Part shown: one piece after another, positions 44,973 through 59,900 of the stretch
Position numbering within the stretch: the first letter of the stretch is position 1
Layout: the number at the start of each line of letters is the position of its first letter
NCBI GenBank assembly: GCA_002633005.1
Contig: NMRA01000136.1
Coordinates: 234,538-298,537 of the forward strand
Reading direction: 5' to 3'
Origin: Phoronis australis
Lineage: Eukaryota; Animalia; Phoronida
DNA length: 64,000 nt
Notes under the pieces: generated by a model
Seen by the model: the letters and a program-made list of their open reading frames with translations, nothing else
Told to the model about the DNA's origin: nothing
Database searches by the model: none
Made by a program: the position numbers and the translations under genes

Positions 44973-47900
44973 GTAAGTGACCGACCACTTCGCCAGACCA
45001 ATGAGCTAGCTCATTAGCCAGACACACCATTCCTATACTGAACCCCCTGCTCATTGTTGAGGGTAAAACACACGCTCCATTGCCATGCTGTCACTCCCTG
45101 TTTATCTTTGCTGCATGGCTCTGTGGACACTATCACTTGCAAAGTAAAATGCTTGTAATTTGTCTCTTGGTAGTGTATGTTTTTTGCACGGTATATGCTT
45201 GAAAGATTTAGATTACGAAGCTTAGTTATATGGCTTAGATAAGTTCATCACTATAAATTACAAAAACTTTCTATGTGTCTAGCTAATAGTAACGCACTAC
45301 TTAGAATTTGATTATAGTCATCTTGAAATAATTTGATTGGATTTTTTTATTATTTCTTGTATAAGTGATGCATAATGACAATTTGTTAACATTTCATGAT
45401 GTTTTGTCCATACTTGCTCTAAACATTCCTCTGAATTACCCGTAACTCTTGTTTTGTGAAACTTTAACCCCCTAACGTTGGTTTATGACTTTCTGAATGG
45501 GGGTGGATTGAGGACTTAGTGTATAGTATTTATTAATGTGTGCTCATAGTTTTAACGGTTAATAACCTTTGTAATAAAACATTTTATTGCACTTTTCATG
45601 TTTAGAACGGCTAATAACTAAACTTATTCACCATTGGGTAACTGTCAACAGTTGGGAACTTGACGGGAATTTCTTTAAAGATATACCTACCTACCGTACC
45701 ATTAAGTACCACTTCAATGTTTAAAAAGGGCATTAGTCTTTTTGTTACTCAATGAAAGGACTGACCTGATTAAAAATTAAGATTTGTGAGCTGCGAGACT
45801 GGTGCATAGTTCATTCATGCACAGAGTTTGTTTCAAGACTTGTTGTTGAATAGCTGGAATATGACACCTCCTCCTCGGAATAGTTCTGAGGCTGCGCAAA
45901 TGTTTTCGCAATTTAGACGGCTTCTACTTATTGAAGAAGTTATAGTACATTTGTTTACAGTTGGTCAAGTTGTTGATGATTAAGTAGATTAAGTAGATAG
46001 TTTTTTTAAACTGTCATCTTTTTATGATCTGAATGAAAATTTGTGGGTAGTCGGTGGTTCCTAGTTTGGTGTATAATGTCGAGAATTTTTTAACGGTTTT
46101 CGTGTTAATCTTACGGTAAAGTGTCACCAATTTAATTGTTATAGGTGAAATTTGTTTTCTCATTTTCTCCATAAATGATATCTAGTGCCAAAATCCAATA
46201 TTCAAGTTCTGTACTGTAGCTTTTATGAAAAGATGTGGGCATTCACAACAATGCCTTTGAAAACTTAAAAAAGCGTGATTTTGGCAATTGTTATTGTCTG
46301 AAATTAATGAGATTTTTACCCTAAACGAAATTAACTGTAAGAGAGCAATCAATTCACAGTTCTGGGGTATCTCTTTATTCGCTTCATTTTAGTGAATATA
46401 AATGCCTAGATGTAAGTTCACTGTAAATGTAATTGTTGACATTAACCAACCTCTTTTAGTCAATAAGGAAACATTGCTGGTTAGCATTTCTGCAGTAACA
46501 AACACCTTCTTGTGTTTAATTCACCAAATCTCTGTTGTGGTCACATTCACTTGATAGCAAGTTGTGCTATCTAAAAAGTTCTTGGTTATTTTGCTGCCAT
46601 GTTGTTTGGTTGTTTCAAGCATTGGCATGGGTTGGTCTGGTTCACCAAATGATTCCTCAGACAATCTACAACAGCTGTTGTTGATTCATGCCTAGCCTAA
46701 TCCACTGATTGTGCAGACATGCCAGGTCTGTCTTGTTCAGAATTTTCCCTGTGCGAATGTTGTGTGACTAAAATTCAATTCACACACTTTCTGAAATCAA
46801 CTCTAGTCCTTAGTAGATGTGGAAAAACTCAGTGCGTCATTGACCTATTTTTGAAAGATAGGCAGAGATGCTGGCTCACTACTTCTGTTTACAGTTACAT
46901 CTCACCAGTTTAGGAGTCAATATGGCTGACAGGTGAAGTTATATGTTCTCATTTTTTTCATAAATGAACAGATGTGCAGTATCAAAAATATGCTTTGAAA
47001 TATCTAAGTTCTGTGTCATAAGCTACCAACCAAAAATATTTTGAAAAGTCGTGGTCATTCACAACAATACCAGGTGCCCTTGAAAATAATAAAGCACAAT
47101 TTTGTGAATTTGTGGCCAAAATTGGTGAGATTTTAATGTCAAGAAAAGTAGAAATCTAGAATGGTTTTTCACATCCTTTCAGTTATTCCAATTTTTTGTG
47201 TTGGTATTGCTACACAGGCAACAGTAAAACTTGATGAGCATTTATAAGAATGAAAAGTGGCAAAGCTATATGACTGAATACAAAATAATGATTGGCTTGA
47301 CAGTGGTGGGACAAGTGCCCCTCTAATGCACAGAATTGTGGTTAAACATGGAAAATTCATGCTACTATGATATTTCTGGAAATTTTTTTTCAAATTTCGA
47401 TCTGTTTGTCCCACTTTAAATGTTATGTCCAGTTTTGTACTCAACTTGGGCAGTCTTAAAAACACATGAATTTCTCTGACACTTCAATTCGACTAAGTGA
47501 TAGTAATTTAGGTAAAGCATGTGTTTCCTCTTTTTTAGAAGAAATAATGTGCACAGCTAAACTGGCTGTTCTTTGTGTAGTGTGATCTTTCTCTCTCCAA
47601 CTGTCTATATAGTTTTGTGACCATTTTAGGCCTCCTTTGTCTGAGCAGTTGACTGGACATGTTGACTGAGGCATGGCTAATTCATTTCATGCTGCTATGG
47701 CAAATAGAACAGTGACTCTTAGATTAGACAATATATTGTGCCTTATTCTTTAGGCTATAAGAAGTAATGTCTTAAAGATGCTAGATGCCTCTTTTTTACC
47801 CTTTTTGGTGGTGTTTGAATTGTTTGAAATTGACACTAGACTTGATATTACAAGTTTTTACAAAGGTTTGAAATGTTTCCACAAGCATGCTCAAGTCTCT

Positions 47901-50900
47901 TGAATTTGATTGATAATTTTTGCTACTTCTGGAGACGCCGATTAAATTTTTCTGACACTATTGTTTGAGAATGCAAAGGCATGCAACTTTGGGATTTTCT
48001 TTGTTCCCGAATTGAAGATCATGATTTGTTATGTACAACATATTATACAATTTGTAGAAACATTTCAAGTTTATCTCTACATCTCTTTTTTATTATGTTT
48101 TATTCTTTATTCTTTTACAATTTGTATTGCTTTTAGTTTTAATATTTTAATGGTGTTGTTTTATGGAGTGTACCTGATAACTTAGTTTCGTAGCTCTACA
48201 TCAACTTGATAACAAGTATCCTCATTCTTCACGTATTTAGCTCACAATATGGCTGACACTTGAAGTTCCGTTTTGTCAAATTTCTCCCCAAAATAAAGAT
48301 GAAGAAACCGATTTCTCTATTATTAAATCAGTGCTTACTGTGAAGACGTAACATAACATCATTTGGTAAAGTTTCCATCACCTGCAGCAAGGTAATCAGC
48401 TTTGGAAAATTGGAAAACTTCAATGTGGTCATTTTTTTGTATGCTAAGTAAGAGGAGAACTACCATAACATAATTATGGGTTCGATTGTAACCCGTAGTA
48501 CATTTTTCGGGTCTATTTGTCTGACACTAGTCATGAAATTTTAACAAACGATTTCATTTAACTTTTGGTATGTCTTAACAGCTAAGTAGTTGAGTGTTTT
48601 ACAGTATGCTAATATTTTAAACACTACGGGTGATAAATTAAAACTGGATTTAACCTCATGACCTTTACCTCTCACTGATAACCTAGTTGTGTGGGTGGGG
48701 ACTGCAGATGATTGACAGTTGACTTGAAACCACTGTCCATGCTTTTCTAGATGTTGTTAAGGAAAAGGTTCAGGTAAATTTGATTCAGGGTGTCTCCGAA
48801 TTCAACCATAGTCACCTTAAGACTACGCAAACCAAAGAGCGGAATTATCTCCCTGATTCGATTGGTAAGTTAGTACTTAGGTAGAAATACCAAACTCGGA
48901 TGTCATCAAATTATGAAATATACTTTATCAAAGCTAGATTTGGAACTTGAGTGTGAGCACGTTTATAGTGAATTATGTGCTGAAAATTTGAAACTATCGA
49001 TAACTTTATTAACATCACCTATACTTGTCTTTATAATTTTATGTATTTGTGTTGCATTAGAGATTTTCATCAACCGGATTATGAACATTGGTATTCCACA
49101 ACTTGATTTAGTTCTCGGTTGCTTGGGTGATTTATTGTCGGTTATTTTCTGTTTGCATGTCTGAATTTCACAATTTATCATATTTATTTTCAATAATCTA
49201 ACATAATATGTTTCCTGTACAGCTCTTGTCATGTTACTCGTTTTGTAACCTCTACTGTGTGCTCTAGCACTTCAGTATTTTATGATTGTGACAATAGAGG
49301 GAATTGCGTTTTAGTTGCTTGGTGACCTCTCACCTCTAACTTCGTTCTTTCCCCGCTTTCCCCGCAGTTCTTGAGCAGGAGAAGCACCATCACGACTTTA
49401 ATAGTAATGTGTCACAGTTCAATAAGGCACACCTTCGTAAGGCGGAGACCAAAGAGAAAAACTCACTGCCCAATCGCAAGAGTAGGTAGACTGCGAGGGA
49501 TTGTATTATCAATGAGTGCAGCGTTGTATTAAGAACCTAAGTGCATTCATGTAGAGAATATGTTGAAGTGTGGTTTTCAGTTGTTTTGTCATTGAAGTTT
49601 CCTGAACAACGTACAATTTTGACACAAACAGAGTGCGAGACTTGATATTCACTAGGTGACCATTGGGCCAATTTTGTTTTGGAATGACAACGTAAAGCAG
49701 CTTATTCGTTCAAAGGCTTCCGTGGGCCATAGAGTCCCACGTAATACTTAAAAGCATGCTTTTTACAACTTGAGTCATCATCTCACCAGCGCCATCTGGT
49801 GAATTTTTAGCGACGTATTGCACTTTGCATCCACATGTGAGTGTTTAAAGAAATTTTTGCGAACATTGGTTACACGTGAAAGCTTGTCTGTCGCGGGAGT
49901 TATGTGAAATTATGGTTTTGGATTTGTTCGGGTAGTTTTTTGTGACGTTATTCCCTTAGTGTGTTTGTGTGTGTTTGTTGACTTGCAGTATTGAACCTAC
50001 ATTTAGAAAATTTATTATCTTGACCCACATTCTAATTTCCAAACTTGCACTCCCAATGCATAATTCAACCAGTTGGTCAGTCTGTAGTTTGAGAACAGAC
50101 ATGCCAAGAACTGTACAATGACACTTGGCTTACCTCGTTGCCTGCTGGTTTGGTAATTGACCCAATTATGTTGTACAAACTGCAGAATTAATGAGGAGCA
50201 CAATATGCCAACATTATGCAAAGGTTTTGTGTAAAAGTCACATTTCTTGTAGCCATTTTCAAAATTCAAAAACCTAATAACATCACTGCTTTTCATGAAT
50301 TATTGAAATGCTGTTGCCACCCTCTAGTGTGTTTATGATGGGTATGATTATCTAAAGAACAACATCAGCAGCCTAAGGCAATGCTATTAACTATAACAGC
50401 ATGTTGTCTTTGATCAATGTGACAGATTTCGAGGTACACAAAAAACCAGTCAAGTTGCACTTGAACTGGTGAGGATGTCAACGTTGGATTCTTTTTATGG
50501 AAACTATACCCCAAGTCATGGTAATTGCAGCTGTTTTTGTTTCCCTTGTTGCTGAAGTCTTACTTCAATTGGAAATTAAATTGTGAGGTGATTGTTCTGT
50601 GATAAGTTCCATATATTGATTAAAAGGCAGACGACATGCACAAATCAATAGACAGCTACAGGTGGAGCTGTAAACAACAAATTTAGTTTGCATAATTATA
50701 TTCCAAGGAAACTGGCGAGAATCTACCAACTGCTCTTGGTCAGGAAAGTATTAATACAGCATTTACTTTGTGCTTACACGTACTTTTAATTAATGTCTTC
50801 TTTTATTCTCATGCATTCTTAAGATATCCAAATATATGTTTCGATCTCTCAGTATTACTGGTCGCGTGCGTTCGATGACGAGCGCTGCTATCTGATACAA

Positions 50901-53900
50901 GTAATCCTTTCTAGTGGCTGATACAGGCCGGGAACAATTTTTGAGCCCCGAAAAATGTGCTTTCTGGTGAATAGACATTTGCATTTTCCACAAAGCTGAT
51001 GTGTCTCCCTGTCAACTAGGTGGTAGTACGAGTAGTGAATCCTCCCAATAGCGAAGGACTTTGATTGATGTGAGACCAGGTTATATGTTAAGAGCAAACT
51101 TTATGTTCATTGCAGGCATTACTGAAGAAAAGAAGCATGTTGAGTTGGTTTCAGGGATTGAGGGATTTGAGAAGAGTCAACTGAAGAAGACAGTGCCAGG
51201 GGAACGAGATGGTAGGTTGGGAAAGAGTTTTGGGAGGTCGCATGTCTATTGGGTGTTGTGATTGTAGACTGTGGGCTGTGCCAGAGTAATGGCAGGAGTT
51301 TTATGGGGGGGTCGCATGTCTATTGGAGGATGCGTGTTGATTGATGGAAAAAGTTTTGTGTGTTTACAGAAATGTCCTTGTGAAGATCTCGCTACTGGTT
51401 GTTGTGAATCAACATACTCCTGTTCATATAGTGTTGTTCTATGATGATCTGGAGTATCTGAAGCTCTAATTCAATCAAACAATGAGTATGAAATTAGGAC
51501 TTGCCTTGTGAAGCTGGCTAAGACATCCCTTTATGGTATGCCACATGGCCTTCTGCCTGGATTCCAAACCATAATAGATGATGACAGGTTCAGGAAATGA
51601 GATAAGACCAGCTTCAAGAAAGTCACCTGAATACATCATGATAATGTTTCAGCAGATGTTTTTCCTGTATAGAATTGGTTGATGCTGGCCAGTTGGTTCT
51701 AATGGCCAGTTGGTTCTAATGGCCAGTTTGTTTTGATGGCCATGCAGGGTTTGTCCCAAGTGTAGTGGAGGAGAGACATTCTAGCAGATGTCATATCACA
51801 AATATATTTATAGTGTGTTCTCAGGCTAATAAAAAGTTTTGTAGTTGAATAATACAAAAGTATTTTGAGACTGACTTTTGTCAGAATGTGATACTGTGCT
51901 TTATAGTGGGTGACTTGGACATTTCAAATATCATCATTCAGGATCATCATGGTAGTAACATTTTATTTTAGATGTAAGCCAATTACAAGTATCAGACCAT
52001 GCCTGGTTGGGAGTATCAGATGATCCCCTCTAATGACTCTAACATAAAGGTCCAGTTGACATCTGCACTTAATAACCCTGTGAATAGATGGCGTCTGGTT
52101 CATCAATGGGATATTCTTGGCTCAGTTCCCACTCAATATGGCGACCAGTGATTTTGTCAGTGGAGTTTGTTTGCCTCAGTACAAACAACTTTTTACCATT
52201 TTATTGGGCTCAGTGTTATTCAAAGTGGTTCTACTGGAGGCTGATGAGAGGAATGTCTATATCTCTGTTTGCTCAACAGAGTGACATGGTTTTGCAACTG
52301 GCTTCACAAAACTTAGCTTGTCATTCTTCCCAACACCTTTGTTGTCTGCACACTCCAAAGTAAATTTCAATGTTTCTCGCCACAGTTGTTGAAGAAGAGA
52401 AAAAGCACAAAAAGTTGGAGACGGAGGTCGAGAAGTTTGACAAGAGTGCACTGAAGCACACCGAGGTGCAGGAGAAGAACCCACTTCCTGACAAAAGTGG
52501 TGAGTACGATACAATCTAACAGTTTCGGACAAAAATTATTGCCAAAATTGCACCTTTGTCCAAAGAGATAAGGCTATACTGTAATTGATGAAAATATTAA
52601 GTGAAGACACCTTTTGGAACCAGAAAACTGTATCTTGATGTAGTAAGTGTACAGTTGTTTCATGCATAGCTTATGTACTTGGTGCACCACCGGGTGTGCC
52701 CTCTGTTGTAGAATAAAGCAATAAACGTTATTGATGGTGTAGTCATGGTTTACAGCTGGCAATACAGTGGACAGTGGGTTGTTGTGCTTGTTGTATTATT
52801 CAAGGAAGTACCCAGGTGTTCACACAGATTTCATGAGGCCCAGGGGGTACTTGGCTGCATTATTGACAGGGGATTCAGCTAGACTATTAGGATGCTCATC
52901 CCATTAAATAGGGAGTGGGACCCAGTTGTAGAGCTGTAGAGAGCTTCAGTGAAAACTCAGATGTTGATGGAGTTTTGTTATAGGGACACCAGCCTTCTTT
53001 AGGAGTTTATTCATAAACCTAAGCTTTTTTGCAAGGATTCTCGGCCAGCAGAATTTTTAGCCTGTTAAACCTGAAATGGTACCATGATGTCAAAAATGAG
53101 GACATCATTAGCAACCAATGATTTCGAATTCCAGTTAATATTGAAAACCCTCATGCAGCATTCAGTGTAGTTGGGAGCAGGTACCTTTCAGTTGTAGAGT
53201 AGTGAACTCAGAGCAATGTGATGCCCATTTGTGCAATAAACCGCACTAATTGCCAGAAATTTCACAGACAAAAGGGCAGTACTCTCTTACAGGCCGGGCT
53301 TTGATTTAAAGAACCAATATTCAGTGGACTAAACTGTTGCTTACAAAGACACATCTGCTGATTTATTGTTAGTTGTCTTATTTTGTGTAGCCACAACCTA
53401 GTTTTTTTCTCATTTGATTTCCCAGAAACCTCGTTATTTGTCATAGTTGGTCAATGTGATATTATAACATCAATTATTGTGATAAACACCAGATATTCGG
53501 TAATTGAATGTTGTGTGTGTTTCCAAATGTAAAACGCATATTTCAAATGTTTTGTGAGTCATCATAGATGCTCACGAGCGGAGGGCTTAATCTGTGACAG
53601 ACATTTTACTTGTTTTCGCTACTTTGTTGAAGGTTTTCACTTTTGCATTACCTGTTCTCATAATTTAATTCTACAATTTACAATTTAATTTTACAATTTT
53701 TGCTATGGTTGTTATGTGTAACATGTTGTTACACGTAGGATGTTGTTACATGTAGGATGTTGTTACATGTAAGATGTTGTTACATGTAGGATGTTGTTAC
53801 ATGTAGCTGTTGTTTGATGTACCATGTTTTTACATGTAGCACACTGTTCCATGTAACACGTTTTTTCATGTAACATGCCGATACATGTAGCACACTGTTA

Positions 53901-56900
53901 AATGCAGCATGCTGTTAAATGTAGCATCTTGCTTACTCTGCAGATCACGTCATTCTGACTCAATGTGTGTATACAATGTGTTCGTTTTGCTCACTTCCAG
54001 CTGTTGATGCGGAAAAGAAGCAAAAAGAATTTGAGAACGCCATCGGCACGTTCGACCACTCCAAGCTGAAGCACACCGAAGTGCAAGAGAAGAACCCCCT
54101 GCCAGACGCTGAGAGTGAGTCCATGCTACACCAAACCACTTTGTTACCGTAGTGGAGTGAATATGATTTGTCATGTTTTTTTCGTCAATGACAGAGCAGT
54201 TGTAGTTTGGTCTCTTGTTGGTCTTGCTGGTTGCCTTGCCCAGTTGCTCCGAGTGTCATAGTCCCGGTCTCACAGTCTGTGTTGCCTTAATACGATCATG
54301 TAGCTGGGTAAATTCTGTATTTACACATGGAAGGACATTCACTTACCCTTTCCGGTAATTCTCTACTTATTTCGCACAAAATGACCAATTTCCACTTTTC
54401 AATACATAACTACCATTTTGCAAATAATGGAAACTTGTGCAAATGTTTTTTGTGACATATGCACACTTTAAACCATCCTTGCAATTGGTTAAAATGTCAG
54501 GAGAGGGTTGAAAATGAAAACTGAGACGCGATCCATGATCCAAATAGTCAACATTTCAGTTTGTTGACATAAAGCCATCTTCAGGAAGCAGGCTCATGCT
54601 GAGAGCTCCCTCATTAAAAATATGGTGGTTTAGAGTTGTTCTGATCACTGTCTTGTTGCTTACCAGTACTAATCATACATTGTAATGTTCAGTGATCAGA
54701 ATCACCCCCTAAACTATATGACCCAACATTTCTGTTAAGTGAGCTCTCAGCATGAGTCTGTTCCCTGATGATGGTATTACGTCAATAAACCGAAACATTG
54801 ACTACTTGGATAATGAATTGAGTCAGTTTCCATTTTCAGCTTTCTCCTGTTGTTGTGGCCAAAAACTAGGGTCATTGACTTTATTGTCATTAATCTCTAC
54901 TTTTGTGGAGAAATCTCGACAAAATGAAATTTCGGTCTTCTCCGTATTTGTTGCTAAGTAAGAGAAGTATTACCATATCTCGCGTTATCCAATGACCTTT
55001 GTCAAGGTCACAATAGGAAAGTGGAGGATGGGGTCAGTGTTTCTGGAGCTAGGCCGCTTTTTTAGTGCGGTTGCACTGTGAAGTCGAATAAGAGGTTAAA
55101 CCTACCAACACTTCATTGACAGCATGTTCTTGATTTATAGTTGAGAGCAGCCTGAAATTTTATGCGTTGTGTGGTTGAAATATTTTATGATGTAGCTAGA
55201 GGTTTTTAGTTGCAATAGTCACCACCCTCACTAAATGCTTTGTTTCATATGATACATTTAACACCAGCTATGTCATATTGCTTCCCGTTTTCAATGATGA
55301 AAATGGCCGTACCATGAGTCAATAGCCACTAGGTTCATGGAAAATTTTCATCAACTGTGACGCAGGAGGTTGAATAATGAACTTAACATTTTTCACAAGT
55401 GTTCACTTGCAAATCTTATTTACATCACTGTAAAAATGTCATAATTTGGGATAAGGAATCCTGAATTTAGAAATCTGAAAAGATGGATTTTTAATAGAAA
55501 ACTGTAAATTTACCTTTCATATATTGTCCAGGTTTAACTATCATTTGTTTGAAAATCACAAACATGTTTTGCATAGTACTTGGGTCTAAGAAATGGTTTT
55601 AATTTTAAGTGTGCAAAGCTTGAAAATTTTTACTGTGGTTCTCCCAGTATACCTGTAGTGTCCAGCATGGTATCAGCATGTGGTATGCATTCACCGTTTG
55701 TTTTCACCAGACGTTAACCAAGAGAAACAGCAGAAGGCGCTTGAGTCAGGAATCGAAAACTTCGACCGCTCCTCATTGAAACACACCGTTGTGTTTGAGA
55801 AAAATAGTAAGTTTTTTAACTTAGGTATGCAATGACAGGACACAGTAGGTGCAGTTTAAATAGTTTAAAATTTTTTCTATACTTACTTTTTTAATTTTTA
55901 TGAGTCATGTTCTTCATCCATTGCTATTTTTTTAAGTTTTGAAATGCAATGCCTAAATGAATATTTGCTTGATTTTTTAAAAAAACTGTCCCCTCAAAGA
56001 ATATTTCTTGATCATCCTCTATATTTTGTTGTTAATTTGAGGTGCCAGTTGTCCTCTAAAGGAAAACCACTTTCCTGTTAATGCAACCAGCGCTTGGCAG
56101 CTTGCCAAAATCTTTTAAGATTAAAAACATTTAATTCTGAATTTGACTCCATTCGGTATAACTACACTTATTTCGTTCATAATGTTACAACTAAATTTAC
56201 AATTTTTTTCTGCAACCAACTACTGTATGTGCTCTGCACAAAGTCAATATAGACCATCCATTTATGATTGGCTACTTTTGTCACTGCAGCCGTTGAAGAG
56301 GAGAAAAAACACAAGCAACTAGATAGCGAGGTTCAAACATTTGACAAATCCAAGCTGAAACACACCGTTACGGCTGAAATGGACGGTAATTATTCATTAA
56401 GAATATTGTCAACTCAAGCAGTTTCCTTTGGAATTATGTACACAAACTTACTGAATTTCATTATGTAGTGAAAAAATATTTATATATCTTTTAGCATATC
56501 CATTCATGGTGAAGAAAGAAATCCTTATAAGTGCCAAATAATAAATTAAATGTTTCTAGTAGTGTTGGAATGCAAGCATGCGAGTTTTCAGCCAGTCTCA
56601 CCTGTAGGCTTGAGTTTCTATATTGACAAGATAATTCAGCATGGTGATATATTTTGTGAAAGATTGCACGCCACTCAGGCAGTCCCCAATTTCGTCAAAG
56701 GATGAGATTGCGTTCTTGATCCCATTTTAGTTATGGTATTTTGTTTTATAACTGAAAACTTGTGTGTCATTTGGAATTAACAGCATGCCCTTGATATTTA
56801 GTTGTTGATGTTGAGAAAAAACGATCATCACTAGCCAAGGAGGTAACGGCATTCGATAGCTCAAAACAAATGAAACACGTCAGTACGGAAGAAAAGAACC

Positions 56901-59900
56901 CTCTTCCGGACAAAGAAGGTAACTTTTATCACAAGTCTTATTGTTATTATCATGGTGAGCTTCATGAGTCAAGTGGTTTCTTTTTGCCATTCACAAAATT
57001 TCCGTCTGTTCAGAATTGAGTTTATATTATGTTATGCGCAGTAAATTTTCTTGATTGAAATGTTTGGAATTTGTTCTAAGCTAAACTTCGCTTTTGTATT
57101 TCTTATTTGTTAATGTCCTCACATTTGTCATTAAGTTAATCATATTCTTCCTATCCTTTCGGTTCATTGTGATTAGACCTCAACAGTCCTCACTCCCTTG
57201 AAATTATATAATACATTTTTGATTCCATTTGCACCAACCACTTTATTAGAGTTCACACGATGTTTCGATAGCCAAGAAAGTCGATATAGAGGTTGGTGTC
57301 AATGAACCAGTCGCATATATTCCTGCAGGCAGACACCCTCTAAGTACTTCCAGTAAGTGGAAAGTTGCTGTGGAATGTTAAACGATGATCATTTTCGCAA
57401 CTGATTTGTTCAGAAATCCATGCTTTCCGTTTTCAGCCATCAAGCAAGAAAAACAGCATGTGGCTCTCAGCTCGGAAATTGAGGGTTTCAGCAAAGATAA
57501 AATGAAGCATGCAACACCTGTAACTGTTGACCGTGAGTCTGTTTGAGCTTTCAGTGAGAATACAACTGTGAAGTTATGCAGTTAATCGGTGCCTGAAGTA
57601 GTCCGACATCAGGGAGCCTGAATGTAAAATTGTTAACAATTGTGACGGGATGGTTTGAAATGATTGGCAACCTGGGGTTGCTGTTATTGACGGCAAATGC
57701 AAAATTTAAATGAAATTCGCCAAGGGCTGTTAGGCTTTTTTGCATTGAACGGTGATCCTTGGTCTTGTTATTGTTGATAGCAGATGGTAAATCATTCGCT
57801 TGGGTGGCACCACCAGTCATGCAAAGCAGTATGGGTACAATTTTGAAGCTCACTGTGGGAATAGTGTATATGGAAGACGACGGGTTATTGAATAAGATAA
57901 ATTTGATGGTTGTTCTCTGGCTTAAAACATTATTTCAACATCAAGAGGTGCCATTTAAAGCATTCAAAAATAGAAAATTATTTGAAGGTTGTTTTGATAG
58001 TCCAAAGGACAAAAAGGTCTGAAATGAAATTCACCAAAATGCCATAATTTTTACGAAATTCTGTCATTGATAAGTACAAAGTTTTATTTTTACGGTATTT
58101 GCGCGTAATTAGTCCTATGCGCCTACAGACAAAGATGTGTCTTTATTCAGATCTAAGTGTTTGGGCCTATACGCGAACCAAATGAGTAAAACAGTGTTTC
58201 AAATTGATCCTTTGGTGCACACCAGGCGAGTTGCTGGGGAATCTCCTCCGATTCCCAGAATCCTTTGCGCATGTCAAAATGGCGGCAACCAACAAAGAGG
58301 TCTATCCAGACCTGTTGCTCCCTTGACTAAGTGTTTCAGGGCAGTAGAGGCTGCCTAGATAATACAGTAAAGTGTTACCAATTTTGGACTAAAATGATCA
58401 AAATTGCTCTTTTTTCATTTTTTTAAAGTCTCCTTTCTTTATTATGAATGCGCACAATTTTTGAAAATCATTTTCTGATGGTAGCTGTGGTTTTGGTCTT
58501 TGAACTATGGTACAACATTTATTTGGTGATACTTAACTTTTACAAGAAATACACTAATTTTACCATCCCTTACCTCAAAATTGAAATAATTTCATCAAAT
58601 CTGTTTTCCTTTTCTGAGAACTCTTGGCAACATGAGCAATGTTCCTGCCACTTTTGCAGATGCTGCCGAAGCTAAGGTCCTCAGTGGTATCGCCCATTTT
58701 GACAAAAGCTCAATGAAACACACAAAGACTCTGGAGCGGGACCGTGAGTATCTACTTGTTTCCACGCTTGATTCTGGAATGTTCTGTTTTTGTGTGATCA
58801 TTGTTTGGTAGATAACAATTTTGTTATCTTTTGTTTCGGAATGGCTTATTGGCTAATACGATAACTAAATATTTTCTGTGATCTTGTATTGTTGGGTTTC
58901 GTAAATTTACCGCTTGTCAGTTACGTGCGATGCAAGGAACTTGTTGATTTATTTATTGTTTAGTTACGTAACAGTTGGCTTGTTATTAATATTGTGTAAA
59001 CCAGCGTTAAAAACGACAAATTCTCTTCCAAAAAGATCATGCATAGTTCAAAACCAAGAATTTTTATCATCTGGTCCTAATCTTCTGAATTTTGTGACCC
59101 TCATCTGGTCTTGAACCTGTGCAGTACATTTCTGTTTGTGCAGATAAGGACAATTTTCAATAAGTCGTCTGCTCTTTTATAGTTTTTGCTTTGGTGGATG
59201 TTGTCGTTCTACAGTCTGAAGTAATTCTCCACTTATTTTTGCACAAAATCAGCCAATTATATTTGCCTGATAATCGGGTGTGTGAAATTAACTGAGTCAC
59301 CAAATATGGCCTTGGGGTTGCCAAGGTGATCCAATAAACACTAGCTAAGTTACTTTATCCTGTACCAATATTGTAGTAGCACTTCACTGCATCATTATGA
59401 AACACTGTTTTTGGCATATAACTCTGTGTGACACGACACTCATTCAAGTCGTTCACAACATGTAAACAGCAACATGAAGTATCCCATATAAATGGGTAAA
59501 CTACGTGGTAAATATACATTGTTCAGACATTAACACAGTTATGAAGGAACGTGTGTATAAAATTCATGACAAGGCTTTGCGTTGACTTTTTCCGAAGTGT
59601 GATAAATGTTTGCAAATTAGATGAGTCAAGAATTTCCCATCTAGCAGCCTCGTGCGATTTAAGTAAGGTTCAAAATATTATTTTTCAAAAAAGTTTTGGT
59701 GTTCGAAATGAAGTGAGGGTACTAAATAAATGAATAGTGACATACAACTATATTACGTGCCAGATTTAGAAAACTGCTAGCAAGTAATTGACAACTGTCA
59801 TGCACAAACTTTTCATAACATGTATTTCAATTCTCGGCGTGACTAAAATGGTGCAACACACTTTTAGCTGTCCAAGATGAGAAAACTAAAAAAGCTCTGG

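Larger units (their letters stand above)
44359..45193. repeat. ~417-bp near-identical tandem duplication around a single N (44776)
   Basis: 44359-44775 vs 44777-45193. Confidence 0.9.
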